Shown here piece after piece: positions 40,219-50,308 of a stretch of 64,000 bases of DNA. The DNA is taken from IMG/VR virus record IMGVR_UViG_3300032007_000009; one strand, written 5' to 3'. A program made the position numbers and the translations under genes. The notes beneath the pieces are model-generated. The model was not told the origin of the DNA, did no database searches, and saw only the letters and a program-made list of their open reading frames with translations. This DNA comes from a virus. Taxonomy: Duplodnaviria; Caudoviricetes. Position 1 is the first letter of the stretch, and every line of letters starts with the position of its first letter.

Positions 40219-40446
40219 ATGAGTTTTTTGAAATTTGATATTGATGATGCAAAAGAATATTTATTTGATGAATTAAATTTTAGAAATAGTCGTCAATCAA
40301 AATATTACCCAAGAGAAAATGTAAATAGTGCATATGATGTATTTAATATTCTTAGTGATTATTATATGATTAGTAAGGATGAAGATTTTTATTTAGATTT
40401 AATACAATATTTAAGAGATAATAAAAAATTGAATGCATGGAAATAA
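40219..40446 (+). CDS. Hypothetical protein
   Basis: ORF track. Confidence 0.55.
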   Translation: MSFLKFDIDDAKEYLFDELNFRNSRQSKYYPRENVNSAYDVFNILSDYYMISKDEDFYLDLIQYLRDNKKLNAWK

Positions 40447-40715
40447 CTCACGAAAGAATATTTGATTTCAAGGATCATGAATATATTCCTGCCCATCATG
40501 ATCCGAAGGATCCTGGTTATTATATGACTATTCGTTGTGGTCTTTCAGGTATTTATACTCAACTTGATGAATGGAAGGATAATAAATGGCAAGTAGGAAT
40601 TACTGATGATTCGAAAGTTATTGCATGGGCACGGGAGCAAATCACTGAACAACAAGTTCGTGATTGGTGTAATGCTCTTAGAGAAAAAGTAAACGAAAAA
40701 TATAAAAAGTCATGA
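40437..40715 (+). CDS. Hypothetical protein
   Basis: ORF track; overlaps the rtcB start (ATGA). Confidence 0.6.
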   Translation: MEITHERIFDFKDHEYIPAHHDPKDPGYYMTIRCGLSGIYTQLDEWKDNKWQVGITDDSKVIAWAREQITEQQVRDWCNALREKVNEKYKKS

Positions 40716-42028
40716 TAGAATTAATTGGAAAATATACAAAAGCAATCATATATGCAGAAACAATTGAAGAAGGCGTTTATGGACAGGTATATGATATAAT
40801 AAATTGTCCAGCATTTGAAGGACAGAAGGTTATATGTATGCCTGATGTTCATGTTGGAAAATCAGGTCCTTGTGGACTTGTTGCAACAATCGGAGACTAT
40901 GTTTGTCCTGAGCATATTGGAGTTGATATTGGTTGTACAGTATCAATGATGATATTGGATAAGAAGGTTCCTGTTGAGAAATATGCAGAGTTTGAAAGAC
41001 GTATTAAGAATAAGATTCCATTTGGTTTTAATTTACAAGGTCACGTGGTTATTGATGAAAAGGAATTTAGAAAGTTCTTGACACAAGGATTTAATAAGTA
41101 CCGTAACTATTGGCCAGAAATGCTAATGGATCTTCCAGACCAAGTAACTGAAAAATGGATATCAGATCAACTTAAGAGATTGAACATGGATGAAGGTGTT
41201 TTTTATAAGTCACTTGCAACAGTTGGTGGCGGTAATCATTTTATTGAATATGATGAACAGGAAGATGGAGATTTAGCTGGTATTACACTTCACTTCGGTT
41301 CACGTAACTTTGGTGTTAAGGTTTGTAAGTATTGGATGCAAAAGACAACTCAACCAATGTCAAAGGATGAGATGAAGGAAGCAATGGAAAACTTCAAGAA
41401 GAATTATAAGGCTACTCATACAAATATGAAGGAATTCCAAAATGCAAAGGATGAGTTCATTAAGAAGATTAAGGAGAACCATATTAATGGTTATCTTTCT
41501 GGTGAGTATATGAAGGGTTATTTGATGGATATGTGTTTTGCTCAGCTTTACGCACAGTTTAATCATATGTCTGTTCAAAAGATAATTAAAGAACTTTTGA
41601 TTAAATATGGTATTAAAGAAGTACGTACTATTACATCAACTCATAATTTTGTAGATTTGCATGATCATACTTTACGTAAATCAGCTATTCGTTCTTATGT
41701 AGGCGAAGAGATGCTTGTTCCATTCAATATGAGAGATGGAGTTGCAATCTGTGAGGGACTTTCAAATTCAGATTGGTTAAATTCTTGTGCACATGGTGCT
41801 GGTCGAAAGATGTCAAGATCTAAGGCAAAAGCAAATATATCAATGAAGGAGTTTGAGGATTCAATGAAAAATGTTTACTCAACTACAGTTTGTAAAGGAA
41901 CACTTGATGAGTCACCTATGGCCTATAAGGACACTACTGAAATTAAAGACTTAATTACTGAAACATGTAAGATTAAGTTTATGATGATTCCTAAGATTAA
42001 TATTAAGGCTGCAGATGGTGGGGATTGA
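40712..42028 (+). CDS. rtcB: RtcB RNA 3'-phosphate/5'-OH ligase
   Basis: MPDVHVG, GVDIGC, GGGNHFIE, HFGSR, HNF, SCAHGAGRKMSR, DESPMAYK. Confidence 0.95.
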   Translation: MIELIGKYTKAIIYAETIEEGVYGQVYDIINCPAFEGQKVICMPDVHVGKSGPCGLVATIGDYVCPEHIGVDIGCTVSMMILDKKVPVEKYAEFERRIKNKIPFGFNLQGHVVIDEKEFRKFLTQGFNKYRNYWPEMLMDLPDQVTEKWISDQLKRLNMDEGVFYKSLATVGGGNHFIEYDEQEDGDLAGITLHFGSRNFGVKVCKYWMQKTTQPMSKDEMKEAMENFKKNYKATHTNMKEFQNAKDEFIKKIKENHINGYLSGEYMKGYLMDMCFAQLYAQFNHMSVQKIIKELLIKYGIKEVRTITSTHNFVDLHDHTLRKSAIRSYVGEEMLVPFNMRDGVAICEGLSNSDWLNSCAHGAGRKMSRSKAKANISMKEFEDSMKNVYSTTVCKGTLDESPMAYKDTTEIKDLITETCKIKFMMIPKINIKAADGGD

Positions 42029-42079
42029 TTTTCTCACCATTTGTACTATTTTCATCATATAAGAAAACAATACAATATT

Positions 42080-42208
42080 ATGATAGATACTATATTTACC
42101 TTTAAGATTTTTGGAATAGAATTTGGAATGTATAGACATTTTAAAACTTGGTGGTTTAATAATGGTTATATAAGAGAATTTATGTGGTGGTATATTTATA
42201 AAGAATAA
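42080..42208 (+). CDS. Aromatic-rich microprotein (42 aa)
   Basis: MIDTIFTFKIFGIEFG...WWYIYKE. Confidence 0.5.
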   Translation: MIDTIFTFKIFGIEFGMYRHFKTWWFNNGYIREFMWWYIYKE

Positions 42209-42210
42209 TA

Positions 42211-42519
42211 ATGAAAACAATTTATAGAGTTATAGAAATAGTAACCAAGTATAAACACAATATGTGTTATCCTGATGAAGTATATAATAGTCAATATGAT
42301 TTGAAAGATTGTAAGTCTCAAAAATCAGCATTGAAATTTCTTAAAGATAAATATGAAGAATTTGAAAAGAAGAATAATGCAACAACATATCAATATGAGG
42401 AGGCCCGTTATACAAAATTAAAAGAACATACTTGGAAATATCAAACTATATATGATATGTATCATTCTGATGATTATCAGATATTAAATTTTTCTATTAT
42501 TAAAATTTATTTAGATTAA
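42211..42519 (+). CDS. Hypothetical protein
   Basis: ORF track. Confidence 0.55.
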   Translation: MKTIYRVIEIVTKYKHNMCYPDEVYNSQYDLKDCKSQKSALKFLKDKYEEFEKKNNATTYQYEEARYTKLKEHTWKYQTIYDMYHSDDYQILNFSIIKIYLD

Positions 42520-42521
42520 TT

Positions 42522-43217
42522 ATGTGGGTAGATGTAAATGATATTAAAATGGAAATGATTCACGTTAATAAAGACGGGGAATCAAAAATTGGATATATTA
42601 GAAATATAGGTGGTATGAATTTTACACAGAGTACTGTCTATGTTGATGTATATGAAGAGCCAAATCCAAGAGGCAAATATAAAGTATATGAATATAAACA
42701 TATTGAAGAATTAAAAGACAAATATAATGTACCCGTTGAAGTTGATGTTAGCCAATCTGTAGCAAATATTATTGCAAATACAAAAATTATTCAGGGAAGA
42801 TATAATGCCTGTATTAATAATTCTGTAAACACATTTGAACAGGCTGAGAAAAACTTCATTGAAAAACTAATTGTTGAAATTGATGTTAAGTTACAAGAAT
42901 ATATGGACATTCATAAAAACATTGATTTCAAAAAGGATGTAAAGGGACATTATTATGATGTTGAAAGTCTTGTAAGATATGATGAATGGCCTGAATTTAA
43001 AAAGTATTTGGAATTTATTGATTGTGCATATTATAATATTGAAGAGAAGTTAACTTCATTTATGAGTAAATCATTAAAGAAATATGGTTTTCCAATAGAG
43101 AACATTTTTGAATATTATGATCATGGATGGCTTAGATATAAGTTAATGGATTTCAGAGCAAAAGGTGGTGGATTAACAATTGGAGAAAATTACGAAGATT
43201 ATAAAAATGATAATTAG
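42522..43217 (+). CDS. Hypothetical protein
   Basis: ORF track. Confidence 0.6.
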   Translation: MWVDVNDIKMEMIHVNKDGESKIGYIRNIGGMNFTQSTVYVDVYEEPNPRGKYKVYEYKHIEELKDKYNVPVEVDVSQSVANIIANTKIIQGRYNACINNSVNTFEQAEKNFIEKLIVEIDVKLQEYMDIHKNIDFKKDVKGHYYDVESLVRYDEWPEFKKYLEFIDCAYYNIEEKLTSFMSKSLKKYGFPIENIFEYYDHGWLRYKLMDFRAKGGGLTIGENYEDYKNDN

Positions 43218-43320
43218 AGTTGGAGAAGGACAAACACCATCAGGAAAAATACTTGATAGAGGAACTCAAGCATATGTTTATTTAAAACGAAAAGGAATCA
43301 TTAATGAAATTATAATATGA
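43207..43320 (+). CDS. Microprotein (37 aa)
   Basis: MIIRVGEGQTPSGKILDRG; overlaps both neighbours. Confidence 0.5.
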   Translation: MIIRVGEGQTPSGKILDRGTQAYVYLKRKGIINEIII

Positions 43321-43514
43321 GTACACAAGAAATTATTGAAAAATATAATGAAATTCTTCATGATGGCAAACATACATTTGAACAAGCTTATGGATGGATG
43401 ATGTTGGAAAAGAATAAACAAGATTATGAATTTTATTTGAAAACAGGAATGCATTTATGTAATGATTATGCATTTTTATATCCTGAAAGCATTTGTAGTT
43501 ATGGAAAGATGTGA
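43317..43514 (+). CDS. Hypothetical protein
   Basis: ORF track. Confidence 0.55.
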   Translation: MSTQEIIEKYNEILHDGKHTFEQAYGWMMLEKNKQDYEFYLKTGMHLCNDYAFLYPESICSYGKM

Positions 43515-43611
43515 ATATAGCTGGGATTGCCCATTTTGGGTATATTGTAATGGTGATAAAGAATATGCATGTAAAATGAATTTCTGTCCAAACGAGTTAG
43601 AAGATGAATGA
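43501..43611 (+). CDS. Cys-rich microprotein (36 aa)
   Basis: MERCEYSWDCPFWVYC...C...C. Confidence 0.45.
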   Translation: MERCEYSWDCPFWVYCNGDKEYACKMNFCPNELEDE

Positions 43612-43948
43612 ATTATTAACTAGAGAAGAATTTAAGAAACAAGTATTTGCAAAAACAAATGGTAAATGTTGTGTTCCTGGTTGTAATCATGATGCTATAG
43701 ATGCCCATCATATAATGGATCGTAAACTTTGGAAAAATGGTGGTTATTATCTTTCAAATGGGGCAGCATTATGTAGTAAGCATCATCTTGATGCTGAACA
43801 AGGTAGAATAACACCACGACAATGTTTTATGTATATGAAACAAGACCCATATCATACAAATGAACCAGATAAAATTAAAGAATATTTAACATATTCAGAA
43901 TATATGAATTTACTATTAAATGATAAATTAAATAAGTGGGGAGATTAG
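43604..43948 (+). CDS. HNH endonuclease-like protein
   Basis: CCVPGC...DAHHI...NGAALCSKHH. Confidence 0.8.
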   Translation: MNELLTREEFKKQVFAKTNGKCCVPGCNHDAIDAHHIMDRKLWKNGGYYLSNGAALCSKHHLDAEQGRITPRQCFMYMKQDPYHTNEPDKIKEYLTYSEYMNLLLNDKLNKWGD

Positions 43949-44004
43949 TCTTAAAGGACATGAAGAAGTAAAGAAAGAATTTGAAACAAAACAATTATCA
44001 TAGT

Positions 44005-44247
44005 ATGAAGAAACTTATATTACTTGCACTTGCAGCTGTGATAATAGCTGGGTGTGATGTGAAACAATCAGATGGAACATATAAACCATATTCTTATAGA
44101 ACTTATATAATAGATTCTTGTGAATATGTCGGGTATGCAACAGGCTCTCAATGTGACTATCTTGCTCACAAAGGTAACTGCCATTTCTGCAAAGAGCGCA
44201 GGCAAAAGGAGTTAGAAGAGTTGGTAATTAAGTTAAAGGAGAAATAA
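44005..44247 (+). CDS. Lipoprotein
   Basis: MKKLILLALAAVIIAG-C lipobox; IDSCEY...HKGNC. Confidence 0.7.
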   Translation: MKKLILLALAAVIIAGCDVKQSDGTYKPYSYRTYIIDSCEYVGYATGSQCDYLAHKGNCHFCKERRQKELEELVIKLKEK

Positions 44248-44544
44248 CTATGGCAACAATTAAGAAACTTATATTATTATCACTTACAGCCTTGATGATG
44301 GTTGGGTGTGGTGATAATATGGCATTAGAAGGTTTGGATGTCATTAATGGAACAAAATATGTAGTAACATTAAAAAGTAAAAAACCTAAAGAGTTCACTT
44401 ATAATCTTATTAAAGTAGGTGGTATGGACTGGTATGATTATTCTTATAGTGATACCACGGATTTTAATATTGGAGATACCTTAGTGATAACTGTTAGAAG
44501 GGTTAGTAATCAAATAAAGGAGAAATAACTATGGTAACAATTAA
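44234..44544 (+). repeat. 30-bp direct repeat at gene junctions (44234-44263 and 44515-44544)
   Basis: TAAAGGAGAAATAACTATGG[C/T]AACAATTAA with 1 mismatch. Confidence 0.9.
44250..44528 (+). CDS. Lipoprotein
   Basis: MATIKKLILLSLTALMMVG-C lipobox. Confidence 0.7.
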   Translation: MATIKKLILLSLTALMMVGCGDNMALEGLDVINGTKYVVTLKSKKPKEFTYNLIKVGGMDWYDYSYSDTTDFNIGDTLVITVRRVSNQIKEK

Positions 44545-44950
44545 ATCACACAGTGACTTGCAACAGTCAAAGAAGTTGGCAGAGATACTGCCACTTGAAA
44601 GTGCGGATATGGTATATTTTGGCATTCATCAAGGTATGGATGGTAAATATTATCTGAGTGGAACTAACACTGAAGAAGATGTTGTTCCCATTTATAAAAA
44701 TCTCTGTACTAAAGTATTTACAAAAACAACTACGAACGATATTATTTGTATGTTACCTTGTTGGTCGCTTGTAGCACTGCTTGGTGTCATAAGAGAAAAA
44801 ATAGGTTATACCCTTTATGGTGTTAACAATGTATATATGTCTTGTAACCTTGGTGACAAACCTTGGAAACTTGAAACAGAAGTATATGACAACGAAGTTG
44901 ATGCTTGTGTAGCTATGATTGAGAAATTAAATGAAGAAAACTTGTTGTGA
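44531..44950 (+). CDS. Hypothetical phage protein
   Basis: QSKKLAEILPLESADM...PCWSL. Confidence 0.6.
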   Translation: MVTIKSHSDLQQSKKLAEILPLESADMVYFGIHQGMDGKYYLSGTNTEEDVVPIYKNLCTKVFTKTTTNDIICMLPCWSLVALLGVIREKIGYTLYGVNNVYMSCNLGDKPWKLETEVYDNEVDACVAMIEKLNEENLL

Positions 44951-45177
44951 TTATGAAATATAGAATTGTAGGTAAATATAAAAATAACAAACTTATTTAT
45001 AAAGTTCAAGAAAACCCTTTATTTGGATTTCCTTTATTTTGGACAACTGTTACTTATTGGGGACCTGAAGCACCTCATCCCGATTTAGTTATACCTGGAT
45101 GCTGTACTGTTAATTGTGTTTTTAGTAATAGTGAAGATGCAGAAAAATGTCTTAATGGATTAATGAATAAATTATGA
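44947..45177 (+). CDS. Hypothetical protein
   Basis: ORF track; ATG 44953 possible. Confidence 0.5.
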   Translation: MIMKYRIVGKYKNNKLIYKVQENPLFGFPLFWTTVTYWGPEAPHPDLVIPGCCTVNCVFSNSEDAEKCLNGLMNKL

Positions 45178-46190
45178 AAGAACTATCAATTAAAGAAAAG
45201 GCAAAAGCCTATGACAATGTGCGTGATAAAATTGCAATAAGATTTGGTTCTAATGTTGCGAAAGAAATCTTTTCTGAGTATGAAGATAGTGAAGATGAGA
45301 GGATAAGGAAAAGTATAATACATCTTGTGAAAAAATCTCACGAACAAGGTGGGTATGCTTTACATAAAGATGAATCAGAAAAGATGCTTGATTGGCTTGA
45401 AAAGCAATGTGAGCAGAAACCTGTTGAACTATATAATGGTGATGACTATGGTATTGATGGTCTATGGCACGCGCAGCGAATACTTGAAAAGACACTTGGT
45501 AAGGTTGATGGCTACCAAAGTGATGATGGTATATTGGAGCATAAGTGTGCTATTAGTGCCGTTAATGAATTATCTAAGCAGAAACCCGTAGTACCAAAGT
45601 TTATAGTTGGCGATACTGTTAGAGCAAAAACAATGAATGATTTTGTATTTACCATTAAGGATATTACAGATAAGCAGTATATAGATACTAATGGTGGTAA
45701 ATTTGACATAGAAGGGCAAGACTATTTAGAACTTATTGAGCAGAAGTCTTCTTGGAGTGAAGAGGATAAAGAAATTATAAACAATATTGGAGAATACCTC
45801 AATTGCTATGGGAACTATATTGCGGATAAGAATGAAGAAAAAGCAGCTAAAATTTATAAGTCTGCTGACTGGCTTAAATCATTTAAAGGTAGAGTTCAAT
45901 CAAAGCAAGAGTTGAGTAAAGAGGATGAAGATGCTATTGCACAAGCTATACTAGCTCTTGAATCTATGTATGACCCAGATTACCCTGAAAGACATTATGC
46001 TGGATATACTCTTACATTCGACAAGGCTGCCGAAAGACTCAAATCCCTCAGGCATCAAAATAGGTGGAAGCCGAGTGAAGAACAGATTAAAGCAGTTGAA
46101 GATGCAATAGAATTTTTAGGTTGCACGAAGAAAGTTAGAGAAGATTTAAAGTCGTTACATGGACAATTAAAGAAACTAATGGAGGAATAG
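45174..46190 (+). CDS. Modular hypothetical protein with SEDERIR/WSEED/WKPSEEQ repeats
   Basis: Repeated [WL]S[EK]ED...WLKS units. Confidence 0.6.
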   Translation: MKELSIKEKAKAYDNVRDKIAIRFGSNVAKEIFSEYEDSEDERIRKSIIHLVKKSHEQGGYALHKDESEKMLDWLEKQCEQKPVELYNGDDYGIDGLWHAQRILEKTLGKVDGYQSDDGILEHKCAISAVNELSKQKPVVPKFIVGDTVRAKTMNDFVFTIKDITDKQYIDTNGGKFDIEGQDYLELIEQKSSWSEEDKEIINNIGEYLNCYGNYIADKNEEKAAKIYKSADWLKSFKGRVQSKQELSKEDEDAIAQAILALESMYDPDYPERHYAGYTLTFDKAAERLKSLRHQNRWKPSEEQIKAVEDAIEFLGCTKKVREDLKSLHGQLKKLMEE

Positions 46191-46311
46191 TTATGATGTG
46201 CAGAATGTTTGACGATACAAAGAAAAAATGTCAAGAAGCTTAATGTGAAAATTGCAAAGATAAATCTTGGACGAATTAAACAAGTAATAGATAAATTTAA
46301 AGAATAATATT

Positions 46312-47145
46312 ATGTTAACATTAGATGAAAAAATAGAATTAGCATATTGGATTATTGATCATAACAATAATGTTGCATTGACTGGATCATTATATGTATA
46401 TCTTAAATGTAAAGAATTAAATATTCCTTATCCTTTAGATAGGGAACCACAAGACATAGATATATTAGTTAATTATGATAAAGTTAAAGATGATGAAGAA
46501 TTTCCTGTATGTTTTTGTTTACCTCCTTTTATAGAAGAAGTTGAAATGAATAAACTAGATTTTGATTATCCAATTATAGGAAGGTTTACATATAGGGGAA
46601 CTAAAATAGAATTTCTTTATTCAGATAATTTTAGAAGTAAGTTTACTGAAACTAAGGAATTTGTTTTAAATAGAAATCGTGGTTATAGAGATATAAAATA
46701 TTGGGATTTTGGACTTATGTTTGATCTTATTGGTGCAAAACAATATTTTATGAAAATTGATTCAAATCCTGAATATTTAAATAAGACCCGTAATGATATT
46801 GATAAACTATTCAATATGATTAATGAATCTAATTATGACTGGGAATCTGAATATATAGAAATACTTAAATATTATATTATAAATAATAAATCACTAAAAA
46901 CATATAAAGATTATGGGCGTATTTGTATAGAAGGATGGATTTGGGATAATATAGTTAAGGGAGATTCTGAATTAATAAAATGGTTTTCTTTAGTATCATC
47001 GATAGATGTTGATTTTATTAAAAACAATAAGGATAAGTTTACACAATTTAATGTAAACTATTTACATTGTCTTAATTTTTTAGATGATCATAATACCTCA
47101 ATTATTAAAGATATTGTAAAAAACAGAAAAACCGAGTTATTATGA
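46312..47145 (+). CDS. Putative nucleotidyltransferase (pol-beta superfamily)
   Basis: ALTGSL...DIDIL motif. Confidence 0.6.
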   Translation: MLTLDEKIELAYWIIDHNNNVALTGSLYVYLKCKELNIPYPLDREPQDIDILVNYDKVKDDEEFPVCFCLPPFIEEVEMNKLDFDYPIIGRFTYRGTKIEFLYSDNFRSKFTETKEFVLNRNRGYRDIKYWDFGLMFDLIGAKQYFMKIDSNPEYLNKTRNDIDKLFNMINESNYDWESEYIEILKYYIINNKSLKTYKDYGRICIEGWIWDNIVKGDSELIKWFSLVSSIDVDFIKNNKDKFTQFNVNYLHCLNFLDDHNTSIIKDIVKNRKTELL

Positions 47146-47417
47146 AACATCCTATTCAAGTAACATTTTTTGATATAACAACATCTTCAATGAGGTCATT
47201 AGATACATTTGATAACATTGTAGGTACAGGAAAAAATTGTAAATATAATTTTATTCCAATTCCTCATAAAGGCGATATTGTTAATTTCGCAAAAGATGGT
47301 GAATTTGATAAACCATCACAAAACTATAAAGTTATTGAAATAAATTATTCATATAAACATTTATTTGATCCTAATTATATTTTTACATATGTTAAAGTAT
47401 TTGTAAAGAGATTATGA
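47142..47417 (+). CDS. Hypothetical protein
   Basis: ORF track. Confidence 0.55.
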   Translation: MKHPIQVTFFDITTSSMRSLDTFDNIVGTGKNCKYNFIPIPHKGDIVNFAKDGEFDKPSQNYKVIEINYSYKHLFDPNYIFTYVKVFVKRL

Positions 47418-48076
47418 AATATCCAAGAACATATCATTTACCATATTCACCAGGAGCAACTAAGGATGATAAGAAACTTCAGGATGATTGGTTTAAAAAC
47501 TATATAGGGGAAGAGATTGTTATAACAGCTAAACTTGATGGTGAAAATATTCATATGAATCAAAAAGGATGTTATGCAAGATCTAATGGTAATGTAACTA
47601 CTTCTCCATGGTCACGAAATATATGGGACCCTCAAGAAGGTCTTTATTGGAAAATTAAACAGTTTATTGGAGAAGATGAAACTATTTATGGGGAAAATCT
47701 TTATGGTGAACATTCAATTCATTATAATAAGTTAACTGATTATTTTCATTTATTTGCAGTAAATGATGGAGTTAATTGGTATTCTTGGGATGATGTCAAA
47801 ATGATGGCAGATATTATGAATATTCCTACAGTACCAGAATTATGGAGAGGAAGAATTTATAATGAAAATGAATTACATAAATTAGTTGAAAAATATGTGC
47901 ATGAATCTGAATGGTATGGAGATACACGTGAAGGTGTAGTCATAAGAAGAACAGATTCATTTAAAATAGAAGATTTCTCTAAATATGTTTGTAAATGGGT
48001 TCGAAAGGATCATGTACAAACAGATGAACATTGGACAAAGAATTGGAAAAAGGCAGAATTAATAAATAATATATAA
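47414..48076 (+). CDS. ATP-dependent RNA ligase family protein
   Basis: KYPRTYHLP, adenylation motif KLDGEN, YGE, EGVVIR, KWVR. Confidence 0.85.
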   Translation: MKYPRTYHLPYSPGATKDDKKLQDDWFKNYIGEEIVITAKLDGENIHMNQKGCYARSNGNVTTSPWSRNIWDPQEGLYWKIKQFIGEDETIYGENLYGEHSIHYNKLTDYFHLFAVNDGVNWYSWDDVKMMADIMNIPTVPELWRGRIYNENELHKLVEKYVHESEWYGDTREGVVIRRTDSFKIEDFSKYVCKWVRKDHVQTDEHWTKNWKKAELINNI

Positions 48077-48086
48077 AATTAAATAT

Positions 48087-48407
48087 ATGAGAGTTACATT
48101 TGAAAATTATAAAGATATTATACCTAAAAATAATCATGGTTTGATTGAAAGTTTATTAGTAGATCTCTTTGAATTGAATACTGAGCTTGAGACTATTCAA
48201 GAACCATATAGAAAGTTATATATTGATTATATAACAGAACATACAGAATATTCTCCTGAACGAACAGATCCATGTCCAGATTATTATGGAATGTATAAAT
48301 TAGTATTTGAAAAAAATCCTTATGAAAGTATAGGTACTGAAATGACTATTGAAGAATTAGATAATGCATTATGTGTATTGATTAATTTTGTTGAATTTAA
48401 GTTGTAA
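48087..48407 (+). CDS. Hypothetical protein
   Basis: ORF track. Confidence 0.55.
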   Translation: MRVTFENYKDIIPKNNHGLIESLLVDLFELNTELETIQEPYRKLYIDYITEHTEYSPERTDPCPDYYGMYKLVFEKNPYESIGTEMTIEELDNALCVLINFVEFKL

Positions 48408-48445
48408 TAAATCTATTTTTATATAAACAAATTTAGTGTATAAAA

Positions 48446-48658
48446 ATGAGAAATATAACATATACTGAAGCATTAAATATTGCAAGAAAAAAAGGTTTAG
48501 AATATGAAATTGCAAGAGCAATTAATGAACAAGGATTAAGTCCATGGGAAGCATTATATGAATGGGATTTAGTATCATATGAAGCTTATGATGTAAATGA
48601 TTATTCATCAGGTGCTGCTCAATATAATGAAGCTGATTTTGTTAATGTTTATAATTAA
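48446..48658 (+). CDS. Hypothetical protein
   Basis: ORF track. Confidence 0.6.
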   Translation: MRNITYTEALNIARKKGLEYEIARAINEQGLSPWEALYEWDLVSYEAYDVNDYSSGAAQYNEADFVNVYN

Positions 48659-48667
48659 TTATGAATT

Positions 48668-49258
48668 ATGAAAATAAATACTACTTGGTCACAACAAGAT
48701 TGGAATAATGCACTTAAAAAGGTTTGGAAATTATCCAGAGATTTTGAAGAGATATTAAATTTTGGTTTAGAAAATAATTTTATAACTTCTTCAGATATTA
48801 TTCATGCATCAGATATGTATAAAGATCCAAATAAAGAATATGATGATGAAGAATTAAAAGAAATTCTTGATAATAGTAATATTTATGATATTATGAAGAT
48901 TCTTCAAGAAAAATATTCTTTAAATGAAATTCTTGATGAATTATCTTCTGATGAAATATTAGATAATATAGATGCACGTGATAGATTAGATTCATTGGAG
49001 AATACTTGGGAATTGGAACAACATGATGAAGAAACTAAAGAAATTATATATAAAGAATATATTGATGAATGGATAGATCAATGTGAAATTACTGAAAGAA
49101 CTTCAATAAATAATTTATCAAATATCAATGGAGATGAATTACATAAATTTATATGTGATGTTATTGGTTGTGGATATTATGACCAAAATGAATTCGATAA
49201 ATGTTTAAAGAAATTTAAAGATAAATTAAATAAAAACTCTTATGGTGTTAAATATTAA
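48668..49258 (+). CDS. Acidic hypothetical protein
   Basis: ORF track; D/E-rich. Confidence 0.6.
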   Translation: MKINTTWSQQDWNNALKKVWKLSRDFEEILNFGLENNFITSSDIIHASDMYKDPNKEYDDEELKEILDNSNIYDIMKILQEKYSLNEILDELSSDEILDNIDARDRLDSLENTWELEQHDEETKEIIYKEYIDEWIDQCEITERTSINNLSNINGDELHKFICDVIGCGYYDQNEFDKCLKKFKDKLNKNSYGVKY

Positions 49259-49556
49259 AAAATATATCATAATTTTATTTTTTGTATTTATATTAACATT
49301 GTATTCATGTAATATTGATAATAAAAATAATACAATAAATATTTCAAAAGATTCTATATTAACTGGAAAATATAAAACAGAATATATCATACATTATAAT
49401 TCAAATTGGAATGTAAAGTGTGAAATTTATTCAGATAAAGAAGTTTATACATGTTCATTTCAAGGAACAAATTTTTTATTAGAAAAAGATAATTCTGAAG
49501 AAATATTATCTACAACAGCACCAATTCAAATCATTAAATCCGAAATAATAAAATGA
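49242..49556 (+). CDS. Putative lipoprotein
   Basis: Hydrophobic N-terminus ending LYS-C. Confidence 0.55.
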   Translation: MVLNIKKYIIILFFVFILTLYSCNIDNKNNTINISKDSILTGKYKTEYIIHYNSNWNVKCEIYSDKEVYTCSFQGTNFLLEKDNSEEILSTTAPIQIIKSEIIK

Positions 49557-49981
49557 AAGAAGAAAAAATTACAAAAAGAATTAAAGAACTTCAAAGTGAT
49601 ACAAAGTATACTTTTAAGTTAACTAATGAGATTATTAATTTGGTTTATAGAACTGCAGTAGAAGATTTATCAAAAGATATTAAAGAATCTAATAAAGTAA
49701 AAGATGAAGATGTTATAATTACATCATCAAAAGATCTTAATAAAAAATTTGGTTCAAAGGAAGTAACATATACAAAAGAACAATTAAAAGCTGAAATTCA
49801 AAATAATATACAAAAAACAAAACGTGATATATATTTAGAATTATTGAAAAAAATTGAATCTGAAACTGATTTAATGAATATTTATATCTTTATAAAAGAA
49901 AAATGTAAAGAGTATGGAGAACCAGGAATTAGGAATGAATACAATAATCAACGACGTTTAAGAGAAAATCCATGGATGTGA
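49553..49981 (+). CDS. Hypothetical protein
   Basis: ORF track. Confidence 0.55.
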   Translation: MKEEKITKRIKELQSDTKYTFKLTNEIINLVYRTAVEDLSKDIKESNKVKDEDVIITSSKDLNKKFGSKEVTYTKEQLKAEIQNNIQKTKRDIYLELLKKIESETDLMNIYIFIKEKCKEYGEPGIRNEYNNQRRLRENPWM

Positions 49982-50047
49982 TTTGATTCCGTTTGAATAT
50001 ACATACATATTGCGATAAATACGCATCAACCGAATAAAAAAGATTTA

Positions 50048-50308
50048 ATGAATTTTATGGGAAATATATTTCCGGAGAAAAAGAAAATAAGGAAGGAACG
50101 AACTAAAGAACAAAATTTATTATTTATACGACCTTATTGTTGGTATGATGATGGGACAAAATGGAAAGAATGCAATATGCCATGGGCAGATAAATGTAAT
50201 GGTAATATTCATTGGTGTTCTCATTTGAAATATAAATGGCTTGCATCATTACCAGAAAATAAACGTAATGAATATGTTAAACGTACTACATTAAAATATT
50301 TAAAGTAA
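50048..50308 (+). CDS. Cys-rich hypothetical protein
   Basis: ORF track. Confidence 0.55.
   Translation: MNFMGNIFPEKKKIRKERTKEQNLLFIRPYCWYDDGTKWKECNMPWADKCNGNIHWCSHLKYKWLASLPENKRNEYVKRTTLKYLK

Noticed and set aside
42211-45200. MKTIYRVIE (42211) and MKELSIKE (45174) as capsid-tag members
   Set aside because: Weaker matches located in non-virion operons; excluded, but they show the motif has some false-positive rate.
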